In this document: positions 15,669-24,784 of the stretch, one piece after another
Position numbering within the stretch: the first letter of the stretch is position 1
How the letters are laid out: each line of letters opens with the position of its first letter
Assembly (NCBI GenBank): GCA_943789275.1
Contig: CALSTM010000003.1
Coordinates: 420,001 to 452,000, forward strand
Reading direction: 5' to 3'
Origin: Candidatus Poseidoniaceae archaeon
Lineage (GTDB): Archaea; Thermoplasmatota; Poseidoniia; Poseidoniales; Poseidoniaceae
Length of the DNA: 32,000 nt
Translations under genes and position numbers: made by a program
Notes under the pieces: generated by a model
The model's database searches: none
What the model was told of the DNA's origin: nothing
What the model saw: only the letters and a program-made list of their open reading frames with translations

Positions 15669-18296
15669 ATGTGGGGTGTGACAATGTGGCTGGCATTGCT
15701 GGCTGCTGCAACGTTGCTGTTGCGCCCATTCCTACATCAACAATCCAAAGCAGGCTCATTGGCTTGCCATATTTTGATGGCACTGCCCTTTTTCGCATTG
15801 GCAAGTCGTTTCCTTGCCAACGATACCTCGTACGCTCATGTGGTCTCGTACGGCGGTGAGGCCCTTCCACTCAAATATCGATTTGCTGCAACATGGGCAG
15901 CCCGAGAAGGGCCGCTTCTTTTGTGGGTGATGTGGATGACTGCTTTGGCGTTTGTTTGGCGCGGACGAATGCCGGGTGAAAGCGATGAGTTCACTCATGC
16001 GACACGACTTCGCTTGGTATACGGATTCAACCTTCTCTTGTTGCTCTTGGCTTGGAACTTAGACCCGTTTAAGGCAAGCACAGGTAACGGTGTAGGACAA
16101 GGGCTGAACGAGCTTCTCCAGACCGACCTCATGGTGATCCACCCACCGTTGATTTTCCTTGCGTATTCGCTGTGCTTGCACATCAGTGCCGTTGCGCTCT
16201 CCTCGATGTTTGGCAATCCCACCGGCATTCAACAGCGCATGCTGCACATTGTTCGTCCGGGTTTGTTTGTCTCGACACTCGGTATCGGATTGGGTGGTCT
16301 GTGGGCATACCTCATCCTCGATTGGGGTGGATACTGGGCTTGGGACCCTGTCGAGACAGGCTCGTTGTTACCTTGGCTGGCACTCGTTCTCATGTCACAC
16401 TTGAGGACACGCCCGGGCAAGACATCCGATACGACCTGGATTGGAGCCGGATTAGCAGCGGGAGGGCTTGCATTGTTCGCTACACTTGTGACTCGTGCCG
16501 GAGGCGTATGGGCATCTTCGGTGCATACCTTCGTAACAAATTCTGAAGGAACTGCGCCAACTGATGCCTTTTCTCGCATGCTTGTTCTGAAAAGCGATTC
16601 GACTGCGGGGGTTGAGGTCATGACCTACTTGATTGTCCTCTTGCTGTTCATGGGCTTCTGGCTTCAACTTCAACGACGAACTTCGCTTCATTGGAAACCG
16701 TCTTCTCGTTCTCAATGGTTGTTCGCTTTACCGTTCATGGGCGTCGTGAGCGCGCTTGTTTTACGCACATACCTCGAACAAACATGCGACTCAGAACTCT
16801 TCTCGACCTGCTCTTCTTCTTTTGATCCCACGCTCTATGCATACCTTCCAAGCGTCGTGTTTGCCTCGATTATCTTAGCACCCTTAGCCGTTGAAACATT
16901 GAGTTCATCTTCTCCTTTGACGCCTTCTGATGAGGGGTGGAGTTATTCAGGACTGTTTTCGAGTGAAGAAACCGACCGTTCATTTCTTCAATTGCCTCTA
17001 CTGATTGGCATTTCATTGTTGATTTTCTCTTCCACTGACAACTATCTCTACACCACTTTCTTCGTGGTGTTGTTCGCGCCGTTGTTCTACTCCGAAGACG
17101 CTACGAAGGAATGGGCGATTGGCTCCGCCGGTGTTGCTCTGGGACTTGCAGGTGCATGGTCGGGGATGATCGATGTGTTCCCTGCCGCTCTCATCATGCT
17201 CTTCTTCATCCTTCCTTGGCTGGTAGCGCCAGAGAACGAACAGCGTTCTACATTCTCCTTTTTGGACCGCAAGAGTCAGCAAAAGATAGCGCTGTGGTCA
17301 TCGGTTATGGTCGTTGGAACCTACCTCATACTCACTTTAGTTCTGCTTCTATCAAGTATTGATTCCATTAATTTCGAAGGCCATGAATTGTACGGTACCC
17401 CGTTCATCATGGCTATTGCAGGTGCGATGTTTTTGTACACCAATCGCCGACATGAAGCTCGCCGTAATGCCCTGCTTTTGGTGACTACTTTGGTACTCTC
17501 AGTGGTTCTTGCTTTGTGGCAACCTACTGCGTTTGGCATGGATTCGAGCACGGCAATGTCTTCGCTCGTTGTTCGAGGAGTCCTTGCATGGCTCACTTTG
17601 CCGATTGTCCTTCTCGTCATCGTTCCTATGGTGAAGGAAGTCGTTGTGACCCAAGGTATCAACCGTACACGAGAGCCTTGGTGGCGCAGAATCCCGCTCG
17701 GTGCTCATATGGTTCACCTCGGTCTTCTCCTGCTTCTTTTGGGCCACGTCTATACGACCGTACTGGTCGACCGAGGTGATGCAAGCCATCGTGTTACTCT
17801 GGTAAAGGGTGAAACGGTTATTCACGGTGACTATGGCTACCAATTCACTGGATTACGCCTAACATCCGAAGACCTTGAGGTTGGAGATGGATATGTTGGA
17901 ATTCAAATCGATGTTTACGAACTTGAAGGCGGAGAGATTGGTGAACAGATAGGTTCGGTTGAACCCGGTATGATGCGGTTTGACACAACGACGGACTCGG
18001 GCTTTATTTTACAATCAAGGTCGCGCTCTGAAGTGGATACACTCACGCGTTGGAGCGGAGATATCGTGTTTATTTTTGATGGCAGTCAAGCCAACGGTTT
18101 GATGCAGCAAACCGCTCAAAACGGTTCTGAATCTATTGAACTTGTACGGGTTACCGTTTATGATTTACCAGCATCTCATTTGGTATGGCTCGGCTGGACC
18201 ACGATGCTGTTTGGAATGGGAATGATTGTTTTGGGTGATATCCGTAAAAACGGGGGACTGAGTCGGCATAAACTCGTCTCAGACCAGGAAGAGTGA
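15669..18296 (+). CDS. ccmF: CcmF-like cytochrome c-type biogenesis protein (heme lyase, WWD family)
   Basis: 875 aa with about 15 or more hydrophobic helices. Tryptophan-rich motif WGGYWAWDPVETGSLLPW. Conserved His contexts VIHPPLIFLAY and GAHMVHLG. A soluble C-terminal domain is followed by a final TM helix. Confidence 0.75.
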   Translation: MWGVTMWLALLAAATLLLRPFLHQQSKAGSLACHILMALPFFALASRFLANDTSYAHVVSYGGEALPLKYRFAATWAAREGPLLLWVMWMTALAFVWRGRMPGESDEFTHATRLRLVYGFNLLLLLLAWNLDPFKASTGNGVGQGLNELLQTDLMVIHPPLIFLAYSLCLHISAVALSSMFGNPTGIQQRMLHIVRPGLFVSTLGIGLGGLWAYLILDWGGYWAWDPVETGSLLPWLALVLMSHLRTRPGKTSDTTWIGAGLAAGGLALFATLVTRAGGVWASSVHTFVTNSEGTAPTDAFSRMLVLKSDSTAGVEVMTYLIVLLLFMGFWLQLQRRTSLHWKPSSRSQWLFALPFMGVVSALVLRTYLEQTCDSELFSTCSSSFDPTLYAYLPSVVFASIILAPLAVETLSSSSPLTPSDEGWSYSGLFSSEETDRSFLQLPLLIGISLLIFSSTDNYLYTTFFVVLFAPLFYSEDATKEWAIGSAGVALGLAGAWSGMIDVFPAALIMLFFILPWLVAPENEQRSTFSFLDRKSQQKIALWSSVMVVGTYLILTLVLLLSSIDSINFEGHELYGTPFIMAIAGAMFLYTNRRHEARRNALLLVTTLVLSVVLALWQPTAFGMDSSTAMSSLVVRGVLAWLTLPIVLLVIVPMVKEVVVTQGINRTREPWWRRIPLGAHMVHLGLLLLLLGHVYTTVLVDRGDASHRVTLVKGETVIHGDYGYQFTGLRLTSEDLEVGDGYVGIQIDVYELEGGEIGEQIGSVEPGMMRFDTTTDSGFILQSRSRSEVDTLTRWSGDIVFIFDGSQANGLMQQTAQNGSESIELVRVTVYDLPASHLVWLGWTTMLFGMGMIVLGDIRKNGGLSRHKLVSDQEE

Positions 18297-18366
18297 ACAA
18301 CACCTCCGCCAATGCAATTATCAAGGGGGCGACGGTCGCCGGACTACCCGAAAGGGAGGTAATACT

Positions 18367-19206
18367 ATGGAAGACGGAACTATTGTCCACGTTGATTATG
18401 AACTCTACAACAATGAAACAGGCGATCTCATCGAGACCACCCGTGAAGCAGTCGCCAAAGAACACGATGCTCATCAAGAGAGCCGTACCTACGAACCAAT
18501 GGTTTGCATCGTTGGTGGCGGGCAACTTATTCCTGGATTTGAAGAAGCACTTGCTGGAGCAAAGAAAGGAAAGGAAACTGAAGTTGTCATCGCACCTGCT
18601 GACGCCTACGGCGAAAAGGACGCTGAACAAGTCGAAACCATCAGTATCGACAAACTCATCCGTGCAGTCCAAGACCCAAACGCACTCTACATCGGAGCAC
18701 CAGTGACCATCAACGGTCGCCAAGGTCAACTCTCCTACCTCGCAGCAGGTCGAGCTCGTATCGACTACAACCACCCAATGGCTGGTAAATCTCTCAAGTA
18801 TTCGTTCAATGTCGTCGATGTCGTCGAAGGAAAGGAAGACCAAGTCACTGCTCTCCTGCAAGCAAACACCGGCCATTCTGGATTTGAAGTCAGTTTCTCT
18901 GGTGATGACTTGTCAATTGTCTTGCCGCAAACCATGCTGTTCGATACCAACGCTGCCATGCTCAAGTTCCGATTGGTCACAACCATTCGAGATGCAGTTG
19001 AATGCGGTAAGGTTTCATTCATTGAAGTCCACGAGCCTCGTGGATTTGGTGTCGAAGAAACCGAAGACGAAGAAGTTCAAGATGAAGGAGAAGACCTCTC
19101 ATCCCTTTCTGTTGCTCAACTCAAAGAGCGATGCAAGGCAGCGGGACTCCCTGTTGGCGGAAAGAAAGCAGATTTGATCGCTCGCCTCTCTGAAGAAGAA
19201 GAGTGA
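18367..19206 (+). CDS. Long-type FKBP peptidyl-prolyl cis-trans isomerase with a C-terminal SAP/HeH-like motif
   Basis: VHVDYELYNNETGDLIETT and GGGQLIPGFEEALAGAKKGKETEVVIAPADAYGEKD. GGGAGGT lies 8 nt upstream of the ATG. The tail reads LSSLSVAQLKERCKAAGLPVGGKKADLIARL. Confidence 0.8.
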   Translation: MEDGTIVHVDYELYNNETGDLIETTREAVAKEHDAHQESRTYEPMVCIVGGGQLIPGFEEALAGAKKGKETEVVIAPADAYGEKDAEQVETISIDKLIRAVQDPNALYIGAPVTINGRQGQLSYLAAGRARIDYNHPMAGKSLKYSFNVVDVVEGKEDQVTALLQANTGHSGFEVSFSGDDLSIVLPQTMLFDTNAAMLKFRLVTTIRDAVECGKVSFIEVHEPRGFGVEETEDEEVQDEGEDLSSLSVAQLKERCKAAGLPVGGKKADLIARLSEEEE

Positions 19207-19279
19207 AATCAGCGATTGAAGGATTCTCAATCAACAGTCCCCAAAGGATATTGATGAGAGCCTACAGGCACAAACAGTG

Positions 19280-20674
19280 ATGGCCATGTCAAGTCTCATA
19301 GAACTTGAGGAACAACTCGTTGGTGATGACCCCTCACTTCCTTGTGAAGAGTACTCTCCTTTCGAAAAAACTACACTTTGGCTCACTCTGTTGACGTTTG
19401 GAGCCGTGTTTGTAGGTTTCTTTGTAGCAAACGATGTCATCTGGACCGATGGCCTCAAACCGGTGGTTTGGGATCCGATCATGGAAGATGCAGGATCTGC
19501 AGGCGATGCTGATTACAACCCCATGAACACGCTTCTTTACACGTTTAGCATGCTTGGAAGCGTGGTTGTTCTCCAGGCTGTGTTCCGTAAAATAAACGTG
19601 CCAGCAGACAACCGAATGCTCATCGCTTTACTTGCTTGGGTTTGCCTTGCACCGGTTCTGCGTGTTCTTGAGGATGCTGATTTCTTTAGTTCGGATATGG
19701 ATTGGCTCTTCATATCACCGATTATTCATCTCCACTTGGCGGCTTGGCTCGTTGTTATCGCCGGAATTTCGCACTATGTGGCTTCTCAATGGGAAGACAC
19801 CCACACCGACAAATCTGAAAACAAGATTCGCCGCTCAATGATTCCCATCCTCTCAATTGCTTTGTTTTTCCATTGGAGTTTCTTGTACCAACCAGCCTAT
19901 TCAAATCATGAATCAATGGGCATGGTTTGGGTTTGGATGGGTGTTATTGCTTCATACGCCGTGTTGTTTTCAGTCCTCATCAAAACTCGCGGATGGCCGG
20001 CAATAACCCGTGGTTTGCTTTCTTTTGGCGGTGCTGCTAGCACGCTTGGTCTCTTTCACTGGTTTCAGTTCCTCTCTACTCCTTGGGCTCAAGAGAGCTC
20101 TCGTGTTTCCGAATCAATAGAATGGTGGCCGCTTTTTGTCGTACTGGGAATCCCTGGAATCATTTGCTATGCCATGTACCGTTTCGGAAGGGATGACGCA
20201 CTCCAAATGAAGCTCACCGGATATGAGGCGGGTGTTTTACCCGATCGTGTCCGCATCAAAGCATGGGAAGATTTTGGAGACGGAACTGAGAACCATCCTG
20301 TCGAAATGCTCTCACGGCGCGCTTTACTTGCCAGCCCAATGGTTTTGGCAATGGTTTACGGGCAACTCTGTGATGGATTTGCAACCATGGTTGGAATCGA
20401 TTTCTTCGGCTACGGTGAAAAGCACGTGGTGAGCAATCAAGTGATTGTTTACGGAGGGAAAATCAACAGCATGCTTGGAATAAATTTCGGTGAAGGTGCT
20501 TGGCTGTTTGTTCTGGTCAAAGCCTTGCTCATTACAGCGATCACCATGATGTTTATTGAAATGAAGGTCGAGAAGAGGCAACGCCACGTACGTATTCTCA
20601 TCGTTTTGGCCGTACTCATTGTTGGTTTGGCACCTGGATTACGGGACATTGGGCGCTTGATGCTCGGTGTTTGA
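19280..20674 (+). CDS. Polytopic membrane protein, DUF63-like
   Basis: About 10 hydrophobic helices. DADYNPMNTLLYTFSMLG..APVLRVLEDADFF and DGFATMVGIDFFGYGEKHVVSN match my recollection of archaeal DUF63 proteins. The ATG at 19280 directly follows the track's GTG at 19277. Confidence 0.55.
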   Translation: MAMSSLIELEEQLVGDDPSLPCEEYSPFEKTTLWLTLLTFGAVFVGFFVANDVIWTDGLKPVVWDPIMEDAGSAGDADYNPMNTLLYTFSMLGSVVVLQAVFRKINVPADNRMLIALLAWVCLAPVLRVLEDADFFSSDMDWLFISPIIHLHLAAWLVVIAGISHYVASQWEDTHTDKSENKIRRSMIPILSIALFFHWSFLYQPAYSNHESMGMVWVWMGVIASYAVLFSVLIKTRGWPAITRGLLSFGGAASTLGLFHWFQFLSTPWAQESSRVSESIEWWPLFVVLGIPGIICYAMYRFGRDDALQMKLTGYEAGVLPDRVRIKAWEDFGDGTENHPVEMLSRRALLASPMVLAMVYGQLCDGFATMVGIDFFGYGEKHVVSNQVIVYGGKINSMLGINFGEGAWLFVLVKALLITAITMMFIEMKVEKRQRHVRILIVLAVLIVGLAPGLRDIGRLMLGV

Positions 20675-20742
20675 TTCCGAATCATCCGGTACATTGGCTG
20701 TAATAGTGTTAAAGACGGCATCCACCTCCCTTGGTTTGAGGG

Positions 20743-22359
20743 GTGAAGATGGACCGATTGCCTACCCGTGTGAATCGAAGTGACCCAGAGTTTGGAGAAC
20801 GTAAAGCGTTCAATCTCGCTCTGCTTGAAACGCTACAAGAACGACTTAGCATCGCATCCAACGGTGGCGGCGGTAAATACGTCGAACGTCATCGCAGTCG
20901 CAACAAGATGCTTGCACGAGAGCGAATCGAGCGTATCATCGACCCAGGTACAGCATTCCTCGAATTATCCCCGCTTGCAGCATTCGACCTGTACGATGGA
21001 AAAGCCCACTCGGCAGGAATCGTGACGGGCATCGGTATGGTGCACGGTCGAGAATGTCTTTTTGTGGCCAACGACGCAACCGTCAAAGGAGGTTCATACT
21101 ATCCAATGACGGTGAAGAAACACATCCGTGCACAAACTGTGGCGCATGAGAATCATCTTCCTTGCATCTATTTGGTTGACTCCGGCGGTGCTTTCCTCCC
21201 GATGCAGGATGAGGTGTTTCCAGACATCGGTCACTTCGGTCGAATCTTCCGTAACCAGGCTCGAATGTCCGGTGATAAAATCCCGCAAGTTGCAGCAGTG
21301 CTTGGTTCATGCACCGCTGGTGGCGCCTATGTACCTGCTATGAGTGATGAATCAATCATCGTCAAGGGAAATGGAACCATCTTCCTTGCTGGCCCACCGC
21401 TGGTTAAAGCTGCAACCGGTGAAGAAGTGACGGCAGAGGAACTTGGTGGAGCGGACGTTCACACGGCACAATCAGGCGTCGCAGACCACTTCGCTGAAGA
21501 TGAGCCTGAAGCCTTACGCATGGTTCGGAACGTTGTGGAAAACCTCGGTCCACGAACACTTGCACCGGCTGCGAGTGCCCCCGTTGAGGAACCGGCTCAT
21601 GACGTCGAAGATTTGCTTGGCCTTGTCCCAAGCGACAACAGAACGCCCGTCGACATTATGGAAATTATTGGCCGTGTTGTTGATGGTTCTCGTTTCCATG
21701 AATTCAAATCACGGTACGGAACGACGCTGATATGCGGTTTTGCTCATATTCACGGCCACAAAGTAGGCATCGTTGCTAACAACGGCATTCTGTTTTCGGA
21801 ATCGTCTCTCAAAGGTGCACACTTCGTTGAATTGTGCGGTCAGCGAGGTATCCCTCTCATCTTCTTGCAGAACATCACCGGTTTCATGGTCGGTAAGGAT
21901 TACGAGGCAGGTGGGATTGCGAAAGATGGCGCTAAACTGGTGACTGCAGTTTCATGCGTTAATGTGCCAAAATTCACCGTTATTATCGGTGGGTCGCATG
22001 GTGCAGGCAATTACGGTATGTGCGGTCGTGCTTTTGACCCACGTTTCCTGTTCATGTGGCCAAACAGCAGAATCTCGGTGATGGGCGGCCCACAAGCTGC
22101 CGATGTGCTCGCTACGGTGAAGCAAGATCAGCGTGCTCGTGAAGGACTGTCAGCCATGGTCGGTGAAGAACTTGAAGCGTTTAGGGCGCCGTTCCTCGAA
22201 AAGTACGAGACCGAAGGCAGCCCTTACTATTCGACTGCACGTTTGTGGGACGATGGCATCATTGACCCGAGAGATACGCGAGATGTTCTGGGGTTGTGCC
22301 TTGCTGCGGCTCGCAATGCCCCTCTTCCAAACGACCGTTTCGGCGTCTTTAGAATGTGA
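20743..22359 (+). CDS. Acyl-CoA carboxylase carboxyltransferase subunit, methylcrotonyl-CoA carboxylase beta type
   Basis: 538 aa with [57 protein letters not shown] and [11 protein letters not shown]. The start is either the GTG at 20743 or the ATG at 20749. Confidence 0.85.
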   Translation: MKMDRLPTRVNRSDPEFGERKAFNLALLETLQERLSIASNGGGGKYVERHRSRNKMLARERIERIIDPGTAFLELSPLAAFDLYDGKAHSAGIVTGIGMVHGRECLFVANDATVKGGSYYPMTVKKHIRAQTVAHENHLPCIYLVDSGGAFLPMQDEVFPDIGHFGRIFRNQARMSGDKIPQVAAVLGSCTAGGAYVPAMSDESIIVKGNGTIFLAGPPLVKAATGEEVTAEELGGADVHTAQSGVADHFAEDEPEALRMVRNVVENLGPRTLAPAASAPVEEPAHDVEDLLGLVPSDNRTPVDIMEIIGRVVDGSRFHEFKSRYGTTLICGFAHIHGHKVGIVANNGILFSESSLKGAHFVELCGQRGIPLIFLQNITGFMVGKDYEAGGIAKDGAKLVTAVSCVNVPKFTVIIGGSHGAGNYGMCGRAFDPRFLFMWPNSRISVMGGPQAADVLATVKQDQRAREGLSAMVGEELEAFRAPFLEKYETEGSPYYSTARLWDDGIIDPRDTRDVLGLCLAAARNAPLPNDRFGVFRM

Positions 22360-22402
22360 ATAAATCAATTTAAAAATTAAAAATACAATTGGAGTTTTAC
22401 GA

Positions 22403-23260
22403 ATGACGCTTATGGATACACCACCATCAACCGAACTTGTTTCGATGGTGATCGAAGACTCTGGATGCCACATCATATTGGACCGTGAAGACAAATTCAA
22501 CGCTTTGAACATTCAAATGATTACTGAATTGTGTACGTTGTTTGATTGGACGGCTGAACGAAGCGTGGGTACACGAGGCACGCTTGCCGACTCCAACGGC
22601 ACACCTTATCTGCGCACGCTGGTACTTTCAGGTGCCGGGAAGCATTTCTGCGCAGGCGCCGACATCAACATGATGCGTGATGCAGGCGCCAACACTCCCG
22701 AAGAGAACCGAATCGACTCGGAACGTTTAGACCGTCTTTTCAACGGACTATGGTCGCATCCATGTTTTACCGTTGGGGCCATTCAAGGTGTCGCTCTTGG
22801 CGGTGGTGCAGGACTTGTGGCTTGCTTGGACCATGTTATCGCAACAGCGAACGTCAAGATTGCACTTTCGGAAGGTAAACTGGGCATTCTTCCTGCAGTG
22901 ATTGGCCCCTATGTGTACCGTCGTCTTGGCTCAGCCTGTTTCCGAAGACTCGCTATGCAAGCCAGCCGAATTGGAGCAGAAGAAGCGCTTCGAACCGGTT
23001 TCATTGAAGCGGTTGTTGAAAGCGTAGACGACCTTTCTGGTTCCGTCCAACATCTCATCGAAGAAGTTCTCAGCACAGGCCCACAAGCCGTGACGCTTGC
23101 AAAGGAACTCACCCTTCAGTTCGACCGTTGGAACGGTACGGACGAAGAACTCCGTGAATACACCCTCGATTTTACCAGCCGCATGCGAGGTTCAAGTGAA
23201 GGACAAGAAGGTCTTTCCTCTTTCCTCGATAAGCGAGCAGCGAACTGGAAGAAGGAATGA
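22403..23260 (+). CDS. Enoyl-CoA hydratase/isomerase family protein (methylglutaconyl-CoA hydratase-like)
   Basis: Crotonase motifs LSGAGKHFCAGADINMM and GVALGGGAGLVACLD. GGAG lies 8 nt upstream of the ATG. Confidence 0.75.
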   Translation: MTLMDTPPSTELVSMVIEDSGCHIILDREDKFNALNIQMITELCTLFDWTAERSVGTRGTLADSNGTPYLRTLVLSGAGKHFCAGADINMMRDAGANTPEENRIDSERLDRLFNGLWSHPCFTVGAIQGVALGGGAGLVACLDHVIATANVKIALSEGKLGILPAVIGPYVYRRLGSACFRRLAMQASRIGAEEALRTGFIEAVVESVDDLSGSVQHLIEEVLSTGPQAVTLAKELTLQFDRWNGTDEELREYTLDFTSRMRGSSEGQEGLSSFLDKRAANWKKE

Positions 23261-23269
23261 GTGAACGCC

Positions 23270-24784
23270 ATGGTCAGCAAAGTTTTGGTTGCCAATCGGG
23301 GAGAAATCGCTTGTCGTATTCTCCGTGCTTGCTCTGAGGCTGGACTTGCAAGTGTCGCTGTTTATGCAGAAAACGACACGACTTCTCTTTTTGTCGAACT
23401 TGCCGATGAATCCGTGATGCTGCATGGTGATACGATTGCAGAGACGTACCTCGACCAACATCAGATCTTGGCTGTTGCTGCTGAGACCGGGGCTGATGCC
23501 ATTCATCCAGGCTTCGGCTTTCTCTCTGAACGAGCGGACTTTGCACGAGCTGTAACGGCGGCCGGTATCCAGTGGGTTGGACCGAGCGCAAACGCCATTG
23601 AAAAGATGGGTGACAAAATGACGGCCCGTATCACAATGCGTGATGCTGGGGTTCCAGTTATTCCCGGTGAAGAAATCGAATCCATCGACGAGGATGAGGC
23701 ACTTGCAGCGATTCAGCAAGCGAGCACTCGTGTTGGCTACCCTCTTCTGCTCAAGGCTTCTTCCGGTGGAGGGGGTAAAGGAATGCGTGCTGTCGAGCAC
23801 CCCGATGAACTGCTTGATGCTGCACGAAGCGCTCGTCGAGAAGCGCTCGCTGCATTTGGAGATGGCCGAGTCTACCTTGAGCGTTTGCTGACCGGCTCGA
23901 AACACGTCGAAATCCAAGTCCTCGCTGACCGGCACGGGCGAACCATTCACCTCGGGGAACGCGAATGCAGCGTTCAAAGACGCCATCAGAAGGTCTTCGA
24001 AGAAGCACCTTGCGCTACCATGACCGAAGAGATTCGGGCAGCGATGGGTAAAGCAGCAGTTGCTGCAGCAATGGCCGTCAATTACGAGGGTGCTGGAACC
24101 GTTGAGTTCCTCCTCGCACCGAACGGTGAGTTCTTCTTTTTGGAAATGAACACTCGAATACAAGTTGAACACCCGGTTACTGAATTGGTAACAGGGGTGG
24201 ACATCGTTCGTGAACAACTTCGTATTGCTGCTGGAGAACCTATGTCGTGCGGAGAACTGCAGATTCGGGGTCATGCAATCGAGGTTCGCTTGTATGCCGA
24301 AGATGCTTCGAACAACTTCCTGCCAGCAATTGGGCCATTGGCTGTTTTCATCCCGCCTGAAGGACCAGGGATTCGTTTGGATACGGGCGTTCGTCAAGGC
24401 GATGAAGTAACTCCAAATTACGACCCAATGCTAGCCAAACTGATTGTTTGGGCGCCTTCACGTGAAGAAGCACTGCAGCGGATGCGCCGCTCATTGGATG
24501 AATTCGTCGTTCTTGGGACCACAACGAATCTACGCTTCCTGCGTGAATTGTGCGATGTCTCCGATGTCATCGAAGGTACGACAGATACCACCATGATCGA
24601 TCGATTATGGCCTCAAGGCTGGACGCCTTCGGTTCCATTGCATATCGAAGACGCCGCCCTCATGGCTGCAGCTGTCGGCGAAAGTGCAGGTTTACACCGT
24701 CTCACAACTTCTTCCCCAAACGGTTCAGACGGCCCTTCCGGGCCTGTTAGCCCGTTTGCTACCTTGAACAGGAGGTATCCTTGA
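23270..24784 (+). CDS. Biotin carboxylase subunit (BC domain plus the first part of the BT domain) of an acyl-CoA carboxylase
   Basis: MVSKVLVANRGEIACRI, the ATP-grasp loop KASSGGGGKGMR and EMNTRIQVEHPVTE. No biotinyl domain is present in this ORF. The track start is a GTG at 23261. Confidence 0.85.
   Translation: MVSKVLVANRGEIACRILRACSEAGLASVAVYAENDTTSLFVELADESVMLHGDTIAETYLDQHQILAVAAETGADAIHPGFGFLSERADFARAVTAAGIQWVGPSANAIEKMGDKMTARITMRDAGVPVIPGEEIESIDEDEALAAIQQASTRVGYPLLLKASSGGGGKGMRAVEHPDELLDAARSARREALAAFGDGRVYLERLLTGSKHVEIQVLADRHGRTIHLGERECSVQRRHQKVFEEAPCATMTEEIRAAMGKAAVAAAMAVNYEGAGTVEFLLAPNGEFFFLEMNTRIQVEHPVTELVTGVDIVREQLRIAAGEPMSCGELQIRGHAIEVRLYAEDASNNFLPAIGPLAVFIPPEGPGIRLDTGVRQGDEVTPNYDPMLAKLIVWAPSREEALQRMRRSLDEFVVLGTTTNLRFLRELCDVSDVIEGTTDTTMIDRLWPQGWTPSVPLHIEDAALMAAAVGESAGLHRLTTSSPNGSDGPSGPVSPFATLNRRYP

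Noticed and set aside
18151-18876. A 241-aa minus-strand ORF spanning the CcmF end and the FKBP start
   Set aside because: It is antisense to two well-supported genes. It has no start context or motif and an Asp/Val/Phe-rich composition typical of a reverse-frame artefact.
23192-24397. A 401-aa ORF on the minus strand, antisense to the hydratase end and the biotin carboxylase gene
   Set aside because: Its codons are exactly aligned with the sense codons (both start at coordinates with remainder 2 mod 3). A stop would therefore require the sense codons TTA, CTA or TCA, which these genes simply avoid. The peptide is low-complexity (rich in Ser, Cys and Arg) with no recognisable motif, whereas the sense strand has clear biotin carboxylase motifs. 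I treat it as a shadow ORF.
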